Positions 29,805 to 40,797 are shown, numbered from the stretch's first letter. The stretch: 64,000 nt of DNA from Salinispira sp. (GCA_965602015.1 OZ271918.1:3360001-3424000), one strand, 5' to 3'. Translations and numbers: made by a program. The notes: generated from the sequence alone by a model not told the origin.

Positions 29805-30461
29805 ATGAAAATATTAGAGTTCCCCGGGGCGGCCTCGGGCAACCGGGGTCACCGCTCGGTAACTCTCATCCTTACTTCGATGCTCATTCTGGAACTCACC
29901 CCTGTCATGGGACGGCTCATGGCTTCCCTCGGCAGCTTGTCCGGCGGAAGCGGCAGCCTTTCCGTCCTGCTGGTAAACGTCGCCCTGGCCGGGGGCAACG
30001 TTTTAATGTTCATCGCCCTTCTCGGTTTCCGCCGCTGCCTCTATGGTGCGGCGGCGAAAAAAGGCGGGCTATTGCTGTTGATCTCCACGGTTCCGGCGCT
30101 GATATCCGCCATCATCGGCCTCATAGGCTCGGGAGTTCCCGTCGGCACTCAGGCAGGGCAAGCGGGATTTCCGGGCTGGACCACCCTGGTGGCTGCACTG
30201 TTTGCCCTCGTCACCCCGCTGCTGGCCGCCGCAGCGTACATTTACCTGAACCGCGCCGAGCAGTTCAGCGACCGCGGTCAGCTGGGAACCGGGCTGCTCG
30301 TTATCGCGTCGGTGCTCAATGCGCTGATGCCCTTGGCAGTCATTTTTCCCCTTCTGCTGGGCACTCTTTTTTCCGGAGCTGATTTTATCGCCCTGCTCCT
30401 CGGTATCTTCGGATGGACCCAAATTCGAAAAGATTTCCCCCCCCTGCGATACGATTCCTGA
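29805..30461 (+). CDS. Hypothetical multi-pass membrane protein
   Basis: About six hydrophobic segments; directly follows the rhomboid gene. Confidence 0.65.
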   Translation: MKILEFPGAASGNRGHRSVTLILTSMLILELTPVMGRLMASLGSLSGGSGSLSVLLVNVALAGGNVLMFIALLGFRRCLYGAAAKKGGLLLLISTVPALISAIIGLIGSGVPVGTQAGQAGFPGWTTLVAALFALVTPLLAAAAYIYLNRAEQFSDRGQLGTGLLVIASVLNALMPLAVIFPLLLGTLFSGADFIALLLGIFGWTQIRKDFPPLRYDS

Positions 30462-30596
30462 CTATCTCTTCCTGATTTTGATTTCTGGTTTTTGATTTCT
30501 GATTCCCGCAGTTAGTTGTTTCCTGATTGCCGGGGGGAGCGGCGTTCATAAAAAGCGGCGCTAAGCACCGGGAAGGTCATTGCCGACAATATACCC

Positions 30597-31301
30597 ATGA
30601 TCGGCCTCCGCAGGATGTTTCTTCTCATACTCGTGCTTTCCTCCAGCCTCGGGCTCCAGGCGCAAGAATCTCTTTACCGGGATTTCTCCCAGGTTAAGGG
30701 GGTCTTTTGGATAAACCGGAGCCACATTAATGCATATTCCATCGCCCTGCCGGATCAGAACCTGGAATACCGCGCCGACGAAGAGTATGTGACCGACCTG
30801 CTGGAGCTGGCGCGCCAGTGGTTTTCCGGCATGATATACGGCTATGACTTCGTATACCGTCCCTCGGATGTCGCACGGAATGTCGAGGAGTTTTTTTCAT
30901 TGACGCCGATCTTTCAAATTCCCTGGGGGGATCCATCCCTCGAATACACGGGCTATTACGAGGAAAACGAAAAAATTGAAATGGGCTTTCGGTATTTCAC
31001 CCGGAATTACGAACAGGCGAGATTGCGCGGATGGAGCAGCGTTCGCCTGGTGAATATCCAGGGGGACGCATCGACCCGGGACCGGACCGACATAAGAAGC
31101 CGTGAAGAATCGTTCGATGAGGCGGTAAAACAGGCCCTTCGAAATTATTTTCGTCAGGTGGTTCCCAATAAACCGAAGAGTATCAGCGGCAGCCTGGCGC
31201 TCACAGAAATGCCCCGAAGCTTTGCCGACGGGGGAATGGTACATAGTAGCGTGCGGATAGTTATCGATGTGGACGAGGTTGAAGCCTGGGAGAATTTCTA
31301 A
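30597..31301 (+). CDS. Exported hypothetical protein
   Basis: Signal peptide ending LQA; conserved-looking FSGMIYGYDFVYRPSD.AR.VEEFF.L.P motif; function unknown. Confidence 0.7.
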   Translation: MIGLRRMFLLILVLSSSLGLQAQESLYRDFSQVKGVFWINRSHINAYSIALPDQNLEYRADEEYVTDLLELARQWFSGMIYGYDFVYRPSDVARNVEEFFSLTPIFQIPWGDPSLEYTGYYEENEKIEMGFRYFTRNYEQARLRGWSSVRLVNIQGDASTRDRTDIRSREESFDEAVKQALRNYFRQVVPNKPKSISGSLALTEMPRSFADGGMVHSSVRIVIDVDEVEAWENF

Positions 31302-31855
31302 ACCGATCCGATTGCGATTAATCCGGCTCGAATCGCCGCGTAATACAAAATGAACCTCGGAATCCTGCTCAACGAAGCCATCAGGTATTCCCGGCTGCCC
31401 ATGCCGGCCATTGCGGCGATCCAGCTCACTGTCGAGTACGGAACCGGCGTAAGTCCGGCTATAACCACTGCCCACACGCCGAAGCGGCGGATCAGTTCCT
31501 CCCCCCGATGACGGTAGTAGGCCACCGCGTCCTGCACAGCCTTTATGTGGGCCAGGCGACGGGCGATGAGGAACCCGCAAAACCCGCCGATGATCGAAGC
31601 GGCGCTGACTACCGACAGCAGCAGTATCGGCTCCCATCCTATGGTCAGGGGGAACACCAGGTCTGCTGTGGCAGGTATGATGAAGCAGTCGATAAGCAAC
31701 ACAAAGGCGAACACCCCTGCCAGCCCCAGATTCTCGACGGTCCATTGCCCCAGGCTTTCCAGTTCAGAGCGAAAAAACAGGAACAGCAAGCCATAGAGCA
31801 GTCCTATCGCGAAAAAAAACCCAAGGGTTTCAAGAATGATTCGCCGAAGCCTCAT
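31298..31855 (-). CDS. DedA/YqaA (VTT-domain) membrane protein
   Basis: D.FIIPATAD, ASIIGG..GF, RFGVWAVVIAGLTPVPY, RIPRF. Confidence 0.85.
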   Translation of the reverse strand: MRLRRIILETLGFFFAIGLLYGLLFLFFRSELESLGQWTVENLGLAGVFAFVLLIDCFIIPATADLVFPLTIGWEPILLLSVVSAASIIGGFCGFLIARRLAHIKAVQDAVAYYRHRGEELIRRFGVWAVVIAGLTPVPYSTVSWIAAMAGMGSREYLMASLSRIPRFILYYAAIRAGLIAIGSV

Positions 31856-31878
31856 GGTTGTTTCATAATCATCCGGAC

Positions 31879-32844
31879 CTATCTACCCGAGGTTTCCCGG
31901 GGAAACAGGGCGTCCATTTTTTTTATGTCATTCTGAGACAATTCGATTCCCGAGGCTTTAACATTGGCTTCCAGTTGATGGACGCTAGAAGCTCCGGTAA
32001 TGACCGATGAAATACCCGGATTCTGAAGTATCCATGCCAGGGCGAGCTGGGCGATTGAGATGTCATAACCCTCGGCAATCTCCGCCAGTTTGTCCACCCG
32101 GGCCAAAAGCTCGGTGTCGTTAATCTGATCGCGCATAAAGACATTCAATTTCTCGTCGGCGCCCCGGCTTCCCGGGGGAATCTTTCCTTTGGAGTACTTG
32201 CCGGTGAGAACACCCTGGGCGAGAGGTGAGAAATTCGCCGTACCAATGCCGAGTTTCGTGCAGGTCGGGAGTATGGTGTGTTCGATGTTCCGGTTGAGCA
32301 GGCTGTAAATCGGTTGGTTGATTACCGGCAGATGCCAGCCCCGGTCCCGGCAAATCTGAACGGCCTCGTCGATTTGCTCCGCCTGCCACTCGCTGGTTCC
32401 CCAATAGAGTACCTTCCCCTGCCTGATGCTGTCTTCAATCGCCTCCACGGTCTCCACCAGGGGCGTCTCCCCATCGAAGCGGTGGCAGTAAAAAATATCG
32501 ACATACGTGAGGTTCAGCCGGTCGAGGCTGCCTTCAATAGAGTCGATGACGTGCTTTCGGCTGAGTCCCTTGTCGCAGGGATGGTCGGACATTGGCCAGA
32601 ATGCTTTGGTGGCGACGACAAAATGCCGGCGGTTGTAGTGCGGGAGGATTTGACCCAGAAGCTTTTCCGCCTCTCCCCGGGCGTATACATCGGCGGTATC
32701 AATATAGTTCACCCCCAGGGCAAAGGCTTTTTTTATTATGTCCTTTGCGTTATCAAGCTCGATCTGGTTGGCGAAGGTGAGCCACGATCCATAGGCTATT
32801 TCGCTTACCTTTAATCCGGACGCTCCGACTCGTCGATATTGCAT
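31879..32844 (-). CDS. Aldo/keto reductase (Kv-beta-like)
   Basis: GLKVSEIAYGSWLTF, DTADVY, ATKAFWP, DIFYCHRFD, YWGTSEW, FSPLAQG. Confidence 0.93.
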   Translation of the reverse strand: MQYRRVGASGLKVSEIAYGSWLTFANQIELDNAKDIIKKAFALGVNYIDTADVYARGEAEKLLGQILPHYNRRHFVVATKAFWPMSDHPCDKGLSRKHVIDSIEGSLDRLNLTYVDIFYCHRFDGETPLVETVEAIEDSIRQGKVLYWGTSEWQAEQIDEAVQICRDRGWHLPVINQPIYSLLNRNIEHTILPTCTKLGIGTANFSPLAQGVLTGKYSKGKIPPGSRGADEKLNVFMRDQINDTELLARVDKLAEIAEGYDISIAQLALAWILQNPGISSVITGASSVHQLEANVKASGIELSQNDIKKMDALFPRETSGR

Positions 32845-32938
32845 GTTGTCCCCCTTAGATCCAGTGTAGCCGATAAGCCTCGATTTGGCGAATTCGCCGG
32901 GATGCTGCTCATTTTCCTCCGTGATATACTACTGACCA

Positions 32939-33625
32939 ATGAAAGAAACCCGTCTGTTCGACCCGTTGCGCGACTATCTCCAGGGGCAGGGCTATTCGGT
33001 TTACAGCGAAGTCAAGAACTGCGATCTGGTTGCGCAAAAAGATGAGGAAACCATCATTGTAGAAATCAAGGTGCAGCTCAGCCTCCGGTTGGTTCTTCAG
33101 GGGGTGCAGAGACAGGAGTTGTATCCCAATGTTTATCTCGCCGTGCCCATAAACGGCGGAAAAAAGTATCCGGCAAACTACGCTTCGGTAAAGCGGCTCC
33201 TGCGGCGCCTCGGTATGGGCCTCATTTTTGTGCGCTTCCTCAAAACAAAGACCAGGGTAGAAGTTGTTCTCCATCCCGACGAACCGGTGAAATTCAGCCG
33301 TCCGCGGTCAAGGAGGATGATAATCAGCGAGATAAACGGCCGATACGCCGAGTTCAACCGGTCGGGAGAACCGTCGAGCACCGAGAAGCTCACGGCCTAT
33401 AAACAGCAGGCCATCGCCGTCGCCCATTTTTTATACTCCCGTGAAAAGGCGAGCCCTGCTCAAATGCGAGCCGCGGGCTTGCCGTCCAAATGCCAGCAGA
33501 TACTGTCGAGTAATTTTTACGGGTGGTTTGACCGGGTCGATCGGGGGGTGTATCGCCTCAATAATGCCGGCCGGCAGGCTCTCGACGGGTATGAGCCCCA
33601 TATCCAGGCCATGGGCCTGGAGTAA
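32939..33625 (+). CDS. DUF2161-like putative PD-(D/E)XK phosphodiesterase
   Basis: MKETRLF.P, EVKNCDLVA..IVEIK, TAYKQQA, NFYGWFDRVDRGVY.L. Confidence 0.8.
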   Translation: MKETRLFDPLRDYLQGQGYSVYSEVKNCDLVAQKDEETIIVEIKVQLSLRLVLQGVQRQELYPNVYLAVPINGGKKYPANYASVKRLLRRLGMGLIFVRFLKTKTRVEVVLHPDEPVKFSRPRSRRMIISEINGRYAEFNRSGEPSSTEKLTAYKQQAIAVAHFLYSREKASPAQMRAAGLPSKCQQILSSNFYGWFDRVDRGVYRLNNAGRQALDGYEPHIQAMGLE

Positions 33626-33673
33626 AGGCAGTCGGCCCTCCGGCTGTTATTGACTCTCGCATGATCACGCCGA

Positions 33674-36600
33674 CTAATAGCGCCAGATAATCAACGCCCC
33701 GGACTGGAGAAGAAACCCCTGTTCCTGCAGAACTTCGGATAACCGGTGTTCAGCAGCGGGCGCGCCGTCGATCAGCTCTATTCGCGCTGAGTTTTTGCCC
33801 CGCTCGGGGTGGATGAGCACCTCCCGGTAAAAGCCGGCCAGAATTTCGCAGAGCTGCTTTTCGGCGACCGCGGGGGCCTTACCGTCGTTCTCTTCTGGTT
33901 GTTTGGCGAATACGATATCCGCGCCCCGGCGCCCGACGGCGATCGCAAGGTGGGCCCGTCCGTTGGAGCTGATAAATATTCCGTAACTGCCGCTTCCCCG
34001 GCGCAGGGGGAAGCCCGGGAGTACCCAGGCGGGATCATAACTGTTGAGCCAGAACCAGGCGGGGGCATTGGGGCGGGCGGGCCGGCTGCCCGGGTCTCCC
34101 GACAGGAGTTCCGGAAGGCAAAACTGGAGTCCCGGAAGTTCAGGGCAAATTTTCCCGCCGATCAGTTCCCCCGAGAGTTCGAGATTCCGGAGCACCGGAA
34201 GCAGGTCCTTCCACAAAAAACTCTTCGATTCGGCGCCGAGATTCTCCCGAGAAACAATGCTCCGGCGTTGCAGAACCTGAAAAATACGGTACTGTGCGTC
34301 TGCGAGAACCTCGCCGGGGTCAGGTTCGGTATCCGAATCATCGGCGGAATAGGACAGGGGGATGTATACCCGTCCGGGAAGCCTGCTATGAGCCGGCCCC
34401 GGCGCCTGCCTTCGCCGCCGCTTGAGATGATGAAAACTCGGCGGTCTATCAGGTTTTCTCGTCGGCGCACCGTGGAACTCCTGCTTTGCTAATCCCCGCT
34501 CGGGTAATCCGGCATGTGGTAATCCAGATTCGGGTAATCCAGACTCGGGTAATCGAGACTCGGGTAATCCGGGCTGAGTCAGCGGGGCCTCGGGTATTTC
34601 CGGACCCCGGGATTCATTGCTTCGGTTCTTTGCTTCGGTATGTAACATTCCAAGGGCGAAGTAGCGCTCCAGTGCCGCCGGCGAATCGCAGCACAGCAGG
34701 CCCTTGCGGAGCGCCGAGCCGATTTTTGTCCGCAGCTCGGCGGACGGCCAGCCGAGCTTTATGCGAAGTTCTTCGATGCCGAATCTTCCGCCTTTGTATA
34801 GCAGGGAGACAAGCGCGGCCTCGCCGTCGTCCGGATGTACCGCATCTTCCTCCGGAGGTCCATACAATGAAGCATCGCTTTCGTGGGCAATAAATGCGGC
34901 GCCGCTTCCGTCCCCTGTCCAGAAAAATCCGCCGTTGATAAATGCGCTTTCGAGGGATGCGGGAGCCCCGGGGCCCAGCCTGGTGAGCAGTATGTCCCTG
35001 GCAAGGGTCTCCGGTCGGCAGCTAAACCCCGAAAGGGCATCAAGAACGGCTTCGGTTCGCTCTGCCGGGCCTGCGTCTCCCGCTGCCCGATGCCCGGCCA
35101 TTGCTCCCGCCTCCTCCGTTGGAGATGATATGGGATTTTGAACGATCGCGTTTTTAACCGCGCAGGCGAACTGTAGTTCGCCTGCTGAAATGCTTCCCCC
35201 CCGGCTGCGCTTCCATCGGCGGGTTATGCGGATGAGCCGCTCGAGAATTACAGGGGAAATCAGCCTGTCCTGCCATTCCAGAAGCTGCTCGGCGGACAGC
35301 AGCCGTTCCACGGTCTCTTCTCCCCACAGCTCAGTCATTCGGCGCCGGTCAACGAAGGCCTGCCAATCCATCCATTCCATGACCAGGGAATCAAGATTCT
35401 CCCCTCCTTCCCCATGGCCCGCCGACTGATAATCATGTATGAGGTCGCGGTGGAGCGACAGCTCTCCCCGCTTATCCGCCGCGGGGCTGCGGACGTGAAA
35501 GTCTTCAAGGGCGGCGCTTAACAGTCCCTCTGCATCGTCTGTGAGGGCGATCAGCTCCTCACGTTCCTCGTTGGTGAGAATCCGGCGGTCGTTGACGTAA
35601 AAGCGGAAATCTTCTTCATCCTCGGGACGGTATTCGTGGTATAAGCGCCGCCGCTTGAGCAGATAATCCCGCTGTACCTCCTCGGGAATTTCCGGCATAG
35701 GGTAGCTGCCCCCCAAGAGGTCTTTTAACATGTCGCGACCGGCGGTTTTTCCGCTAATGGATTCCAGGGAATCATCGGCATAGAGGTATTCGTTGTTTAA
35801 ATCCCACATGAGGTCGGAGGCGAAGGGGCTCGGTTTTGTGCTTTCGATGACAGACAGCGAAATTGCGTCGTCGCGGATGTCTCCCAGGTAGTCCTTTAGG
35901 TCATCGATGGCGAAGTCATCCTCCAGCAATTCGCGCCAGGTTTCCCTGATGATTGGAAAATCCGGATAATCGGATACTGCTTCCAGCAGTTGTTTACTCC
36001 GCATCCGCTGAACCCACAGGGGCGTGCGGGCGTTGAAACCCCGGCGAACCACCAGCAGGGAACGTCCGGAATTCGCCCGGAAACGGGCTCCGAAAATCCC
36101 GCTGCCAAGGAGCTGGGCCCACAGGAGCTGGGGAACCTCTCCGGGAAGGATTCCCTCAAGTAAATCCCGGGGTGTAAAATCCGCCGCCTGGTCCAGGGGA
36201 ATGGAACAGACCACCGCCTCATCGGTGAAATAGGACTGAAGGGCGGTGCCCCGGGAGCGGACGTGGAGTTCCCGGAGGCAGTACATCAGCGGGGCGTTGA
36301 CGCTAATTCCCCAGCCGCTGTGAATGATGCAATGGGCCATGTCGGGGGTGAGGCTTGGATCATACAACATTTCGACGAGCAGATGATCCGAGCCAGGCAA
36401 AGGCGCTCCACTGGTTTCCTTTTGCCCGAGCACCCATTCGGTCAGGGCCTTCCAGGCTTCATTCTCGATGGTTCCGGGAGGGAGCTGCCCGCGGACCGCC
36501 TCGGGGTCCGCATCGAGATCGCTGTACAGCCTGTTGAGAGCCCGGGATGTCCATGGGTCGGAGCCCAGGTTGTCGGCCTTCCAGAACGGGGCGATCATGG

Positions 36601-38248
36601 CGCTCCTCGAGCTCGCCGTCACCCGCACCTGCTGATTATCCATTTCAACGATTTGCCAGACCCGGTTTCCCAGACTAAAGCGGTCTCCCAGGCTGCGCTC
36701 AAAGACGAATTCCTCGTCGAGCTCCCCGATTTTCTCTCCGCTTCCCTGTATCCGCAGGTCAAAATATCCCCTGTCGGGAATGGTTCCGCCGCCCTGATAA
36801 ATAAGCATGCGGAGCCCCTCCCGTCCTTCGATGGCATCGCCGTCGCGGATAATCCGTTGACCAAGGTCGGCCATGCGGGTGTTCTGATACTTTCCGGCGA
36901 GCATTTCCAGGATCGATTCGAAATGGGTCCTCTCCAAATCAGCAAAGCTGTAGCTACGCCGGAACATGCTGTAGAGCTCTTCGGCGCTGCCCCGGCGCCC
37001 CGCGCACTCTGAGACGATGACCTGGGCGATGATGTCCTGACTGTTGCGGGGAATGCGGATCTCCTCCATATTCCCCAGAAGGATTTCCCGGATGAGGGCG
37101 AGGGATTTGGCAATGTCCCGGGGATGAAGGGGGGCGAAAACCGCTTTCGAAATCTGTCCGACCTGATGGTTAGCCCGTCCCACCCGCTGAATGGCCGAAG
37201 AAATGGAGAACGGCGCCTGGAGAATTACGACGTTGTCTATGCTACCCACGTCGATGCCCAATTCCAGGCTTGAGGTTGCGCACACCGCCCTCAGCCTACC
37301 GTCCTTGAGCTCCTGCTCTATCCAGTACCGGTATTCCCTGCTCAGAGACCCGTGATGGGCGAAAACCTGCTGCTGTCCGAGATACTCGTTGAGAAGATAG
37401 CTCGCTTTCTCGGCGCTTCTTCGACTGTTGCAGAATATGAGGCTGCTGCGGTGGCTTCGGATTTCCTCGGCGATGAGGGGTATTTGCCGGTCCCACCAGC
37501 CCTCACCGCGTTTTTCCCCCAGTTTGATCGCCAGGGAGTAGCCCCGGGAACGGATGTCCCGGATGATGCTGACCGGCCGGGCAGCCCCTTCGCTGTCACT
37601 TCCTCCCAAAAAGGCGGCGACCCGTTCTATGGGTTTGATTGTGGCGGATATTCCAATACGGTGTAGACCCCTCTCAGCGCCGTCGGCAGAGCGGAGACTT
37701 TCTAGGCGCTCGATGTTTACCATTAGCAGGGAACCCCGTTTGGAACCGGCGACCACATGTATCTCGTCGAGGATCACCGTAGAAATATCGGTCAGATTCT
37801 TCCGGCCGCTATCCGAAGTGAGCATGATGTTGAGGCTTTCGGGGGTGGTGATAAAAATATCCGGGGGGTGGCGGAGAATCCGGTTCCGATCGGTAGAACT
37901 GCTGTCGCCGCTTCGCACGGCCACCCTGACTTCCCGAGCGCCCTCGCCTGCCTGTTCACGGATTTCCGCCAGGGGGGTCATGAGGTTTTTTTGAATGTCG
38001 TTGTTGAGAGCCTTGAGCGGGGAGATATAAAGAATCCGTCCGGTCGAGCTGCCGTCGATAAACCCGTTGACCGCCCACAGGAAGGCAGCCAGCGTTTTTC
38101 CGCTTCCCGTCGGTGCGCAGATAAGGCAATGGGAACCGCCGGATATGGCCTTCCAGGATGCCCGCTGGATATCAGTGGCATCGGCGAAGCGGGCATCAAA
38201 CCATTGCTGTACCAGAGGATTAAATTTGGGTAGAATCTCGGAATCCAT
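33674..38248 (-). CDS. lhr: Lhr-family (long) SF2 DEAD/DEAH helicase
   Basis: APTGSGKTLAAFL, SPLKAL.NDI, TTPESL, DEIH, SAT, HHGSLS, TSSLELGIDVG, QRVGRA.H, GTIPDRG, GELDEEFVFE. Confidence 0.9.
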   Translation of the reverse strand: MDSEILPKFNPLVQQWFDARFADATDIQRASWKAISGGSHCLICAPTGSGKTLAAFLWAVNGFIDGSSTGRILYISPLKALNNDIQKNLMTPLAEIREQAGEGAREVRVAVRSGDSSSTDRNRILRHPPDIFITTPESLNIMLTSDSGRKNLTDISTVILDEIHVVAGSKRGSLLMVNIERLESLRSADGAERGLHRIGISATIKPIERVAAFLGGSDSEGAARPVSIIRDIRSRGYSLAIKLGEKRGEGWWDRQIPLIAEEIRSHRSSLIFCNSRRSAEKASYLLNEYLGQQQVFAHHGSLSREYRYWIEQELKDGRLRAVCATSSLELGIDVGSIDNVVILQAPFSISSAIQRVGRANHQVGQISKAVFAPLHPRDIAKSLALIREILLGNMEEIRIPRNSQDIIAQVIVSECAGRRGSAEELYSMFRRSYSFADLERTHFESILEMLAGKYQNTRMADLGQRIIRDGDAIEGREGLRMLIYQGGGTIPDRGYFDLRIQGSGEKIGELDEEFVFERSLGDRFSLGNRVWQIVEMDNQQVRVTASSRSAMIAPFWKADNLGSDPWTSRALNRLYSDLDADPEAVRGQLPPGTIENEAWKALTEWVLGQKETSGAPLPGSDHLLVEMLYDPSLTPDMAHCIIHSGWGISVNAPLMYCLRELHVRSRGTALQSYFTDEAVVCSIPLDQAADFTPRDLLEGILPGEVPQLLWAQLLGSGIFGARFRANSGRSLLVVRRGFNARTPLWVQRMRSKQLLEAVSDYPDFPIIRETWRELLEDDFAIDDLKDYLGDIRDDAISLSVIESTKPSPFASDLMWDLNNEYLYADDSLESISGKTAGRDMLKDLLGGSYPMPEIPEEVQRDYLLKRRRLYHEYRPEDEEDFRFYVNDRRILTNEEREELIALTDDAEGLLSAALEDFHVRSPAADKRGELSLHRDLIHDYQSAGHGEGGENLDSLVMEWMDWQAFVDRRRMTELWGEETVERLLSAEQLLEWQDRLISPVILERLIRITRRWKRSRGGSISAGELQFACAVKNAIVQNPISSPTEEAGAMAGHRAAGDAGPAERTEAVLDALSGFSCRPETLARDILLTRLGPGAPASLESAFINGGFFWTGDGSGAAFIAHESDASLYGPPEEDAVHPDDGEAALVSLLYKGGRFGIEELRIKLGWPSAELRTKIGSALRKGLLCCDSPAALERYFALGMLHTEAKNRSNESRGPEIPEAPLTQPGLPESRLPESGLPESGLPHAGLPERGLAKQEFHGAPTRKPDRPPSFHHLKRRRRQAPGPAHSRLPGRVYIPLSYSADDSDTEPDPGEVLADAQYRIFQVLQRRSIVSRENLGAESKSFLWKDLLPVLRNLELSGELIGGKICPELPGLQFCLPELLSGDPGSRPARPNAPAWFWLNSYDPAWVLPGFPLRRGSGSYGIFISSNGRAHLAIAVGRRGADIVFAKQPEENDGKAPAVAEKQLCEILAGFYREVLIHPERGKNSARIELIDGAPAAEHRLSEVLQEQGFLLQSGALIIWRY
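34488..34577 (-). repeat. In-frame 15-bp tandem repeat, ~6 degenerate copies (GLPES-type) in the Lhr C-terminal region
   Basis: ggtaatccagactcg-type units; translates PGLPESRLPESGLPESGLPHAGLPERGL. Confidence 0.85.
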
Positions 38249-38377
38249 GCAGCACCAGTCCTTTTTTCCAGCATGGTCGGCTCATATGCGCCAGTCAAGA
38301 GCGCGGAGGCGATTTCACAGCAGGATTCCTCCGCCACAGATCCGGTGAGTCCTGGTCTTTATCACTATGGAGAAAAA

Positions 38378-38728
38378 ATGAACATTCAGATATTCGGCAG
38401 TAAAAAATGCAAAATCACAAAGAAGGCCGAGAGATGGTTTTCCGAACGGGGGATTTCCTATCAATTGGTGGATCTATTACAGAAAGCCATGAGCCCAAGG
38501 GAACTGGATTCGGTTCTCCGCTTTGTCAGCCCGGAAGAGCTTATCGACGAGAACTCGCCGGCGTACAAAAACCGCGGTCTGGCGTGGATGGATTTTGACA
38601 TTCGGGAAGAGCTGCTCGAACATCCGGAACTCATCCGGACTCCGGTTGTGCGGAACGGCAGCCTGGATGCCAGCGTCGGTCAGAATGAAGAAAAATGGAA
38701 GCGTTGGTACGCGGAGTCCAGGGCATGA
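38378..38728 (+). CDS. ArsC/Spx-family protein
   Basis: MNIQIFGSKKCKITKKAERWF.ERGI, LLEHPELIRTPVVRNG; GGAG RBS before 38378. Confidence 0.9.
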   Translation: MNIQIFGSKKCKITKKAERWFSERGISYQLVDLLQKAMSPRELDSVLRFVSPEELIDENSPAYKNRGLAWMDFDIREELLEHPELIRTPVVRNGSLDASVGQNEEKWKRWYAESRA

Positions 38729-39618
38729 ACGCAAAAACCCTGGCTGCCCTTTTGGTTACCATGACCTTTTGGGGCTCTTCCTTCGTGGCGAGCAAGTTCA
38801 TTCTGGAAATCTGGCCGCCCTGGGCGTTTATGTTCCTGCGCTTTTTTTTCGCATCCCTGGTCTTTCTCGTTTTGCTCATACGGAGAAAGAAGCTTTATAT
38901 TCCCCGGGATGTAATCTCCCGCCTTCTTCTCATTTCGCTTTTTGAGCCGGCGCTGTATTTTGTATTCGAAACCCTCGGCCTTCAGCGGACGACGGCGGCG
39001 AGTTCGTCCATTATCATCGCCGCCATTCCCGCAGTGGTCGCCCTCTTTTCGGCACTATTTCTGAAAGAACATCTCAGCGTCAAAGGCTGGGTCGGCACCC
39101 TGCTGTCGATTGCCGGCATCGCGATAATTACCCTGTTGGATTCAAACGCCGCCAGATCATCAAGCTCGCTGCTGGGAAACTTCTTCGTCGTCCTCGCGGT
39201 ATTTTCGGCGACGGGATACATCGTGTTGGCGAGAAGCATAGCCGGACGGATTTCCGCATTGCAGCTGACGGCCTACCAGTCATTTTTCGCGGCCCTGTTT
39301 TTCTCCCCGGGGATATTTTTGCAGGGATCCGCGCTGTTCGCCGCCTCCTATGATCCGTTCTTGATACCGGCATTTTTATTCATCGTCCTGGGAGCCACTG
39401 TTGCGGCATTCCTGGCATATAACTATGCCCTGAGTCAGATTCCCGCGCCAAAGGCGGCGGTATTTATCAACGGAATACCGGTGGTGACGGTAATCGTCGC
39501 ATGGGCCGTTCTCGGCGAAACGCTGAACATCTACCAAATCTTTGGAGGTGGGCTTGCGGTCGGCGGACTGATGCTGGCTAACCGCCGGGAAACCGCAAAA
39601 ATTAATCTCGAAGCGTAA
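38725..39618 (+). CDS. DMT/EamA-family transporter
   Basis: FWGSSFVASK, ten TM helices, LGE motif; ATGA overlap with the arsC-like gene. Confidence 0.9.
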   Translation: MNAKTLAALLVTMTFWGSSFVASKFILEIWPPWAFMFLRFFFASLVFLVLLIRRKKLYIPRDVISRLLLISLFEPALYFVFETLGLQRTTAASSSIIIAAIPAVVALFSALFLKEHLSVKGWVGTLLSIAGIAIITLLDSNAARSSSSLLGNFFVVLAVFSATGYIVLARSIAGRISALQLTAYQSFFAALFFSPGIFLQGSALFAASYDPFLIPAFLFIVLGATVAAFLAYNYALSQIPAPKAAVFINGIPVVTVIVAWAVLGETLNIYQIFGGGLAVGGLMLANRRETAKINLEA

Positions 39619-39744
39619 ACGATGTGCGCCGGTATTTTAGCGGCTATTTAAAATAAAAATTATGTAGTGATGGTATGAAAGCGGTGCCTCCCCCGAGATC
39701 CTGCCAGTCAGGGTCTATATTAAATACCGGAGGAGGACAACCAA

Positions 39745-40797
39745 ATGAGTAGTATTATTATATCCCTCGACAGCCATAAACGGTATACCGTGGCTGCAAT
39801 TGAGGACGAAAAAGGAAGGAAATCCTCACAGCGCATAGAACATTCTCACGGGTGTATTCGTGATTTCCTCCAACAATTTGAGCCGGGACAGGAAGTCGCA
39901 CTTGAAACGATCGGAAGTTGGTACTGGATCGTGGATGAGATTGAGGAGGCCGGCATGAACCCCTTGCTGGTTCATGCCGGTAAGTCAAAATTGATGATGG
40001 CCATGTTTAACAAAACTGACAAACTCGATGCTGAAGGTCTCAATAAACTTCAAAAAACAGGCACACTGCCTACTGTGTGGATTCCACCAGGAGAATTACG
40101 TGATAAACGAGAACTCTATCGAACCCGGATGCAGTTCGTTCAGGAGTTGATACGTGAAAAGAACCAAATTCATGCCGGGTTCGAGAAATATGGGTTTCGA
40201 TTCAATGATGTGAGCGATCTGTTCGGAAAAGCAGGTACAGAAGCCTTGAAGAAGGTAATGCCAAAACTCCCCGAGCATACCCGCACCATGATGAAACTCA
40301 AGCTCGATAATCTCGCGTTTATTAAGCAATCTATCACCGACTGCGAACAACGAATGCATGAAGCGTTTGATGAAAATGCTGAAATGAAGTTGGTGAAATC
40401 CATTCCCGGGATCGGATTTATTCTCAGCGCAGTCATTGTGCATGAAATTGGAGACATACATCGCTTTAAGACCGCTGAACATTTTGCATCATACTGTGGT
40501 ACAACGCCGCGCGTTCACTCGAGCGGAGGTAAAACTCATTATGGTCGAACATCGAAAGCATGTAATCGATACTTGAAGTGGGCACTTACTGAAGCAGCTA
40601 ATGTAACCTGTCTTAATCAAAGAAATTGGGCGAACCGACATACGGTAAAACTCTACAAGAGAGTTCGTACTAAACGAAATCATAAGGTTGCTATAATCTC
40701 TGTGGCACGGCACTTAGCAGAAGCAATATTTTGGATATTGCAGAAAGAACAGCATTACAAAGATCCTGCATTAGCGGGTTTGTCCAGACAGGGGTAA
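39745..40797 (+). CDS. IS110-family DEDD recombinase/transposase
   Basis: SLDSHK, VALE, KTDKLDA (DEDD); [21 protein letters not shown] catalytic-Ser loop; GGAGGAGG RBS. Confidence 0.95.
   Translation: MSSIIISLDSHKRYTVAAIEDEKGRKSSQRIEHSHGCIRDFLQQFEPGQEVALETIGSWYWIVDEIEEAGMNPLLVHAGKSKLMMAMFNKTDKLDAEGLNKLQKTGTLPTVWIPPGELRDKRELYRTRMQFVQELIREKNQIHAGFEKYGFRFNDVSDLFGKAGTEALKKVMPKLPEHTRTMMKLKLDNLAFIKQSITDCEQRMHEAFDENAEMKLVKSIPGIGFILSAVIVHEIGDIHRFKTAEHFASYCGTTPRVHSSGGKTHYGRTSKACNRYLKWALTEAANVTCLNQRNWANRHTVKLYKRVRTKRNHKVAIISVARHLAEAIFWILQKEQHYKDPALAGLSRQG

Noticed and set aside
30455..30530. Short degenerate TTCTGAT/TTTTGAT repeats, considered as a CRISPR remnant or operator array
   Set aside because: Units are about 7 bp, irregular, with no unique spacers and no cas genes nearby; low-complexity intergenic DNA
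32939..38248. DUF2161-like nuclease plus Lhr helicase as a defence pair
   Set aside because: Convergent rather than operonic; both are widespread and nothing here links them
39668..39675. Alternative IS left end using the TG at 39671-39672
   Set aside because: It would not restore the MITE TIR, the 7+3 nt end spacing, the AGATATGA guide match or the TATGAT -10 box; not fully excluded without the circle-junction sequence
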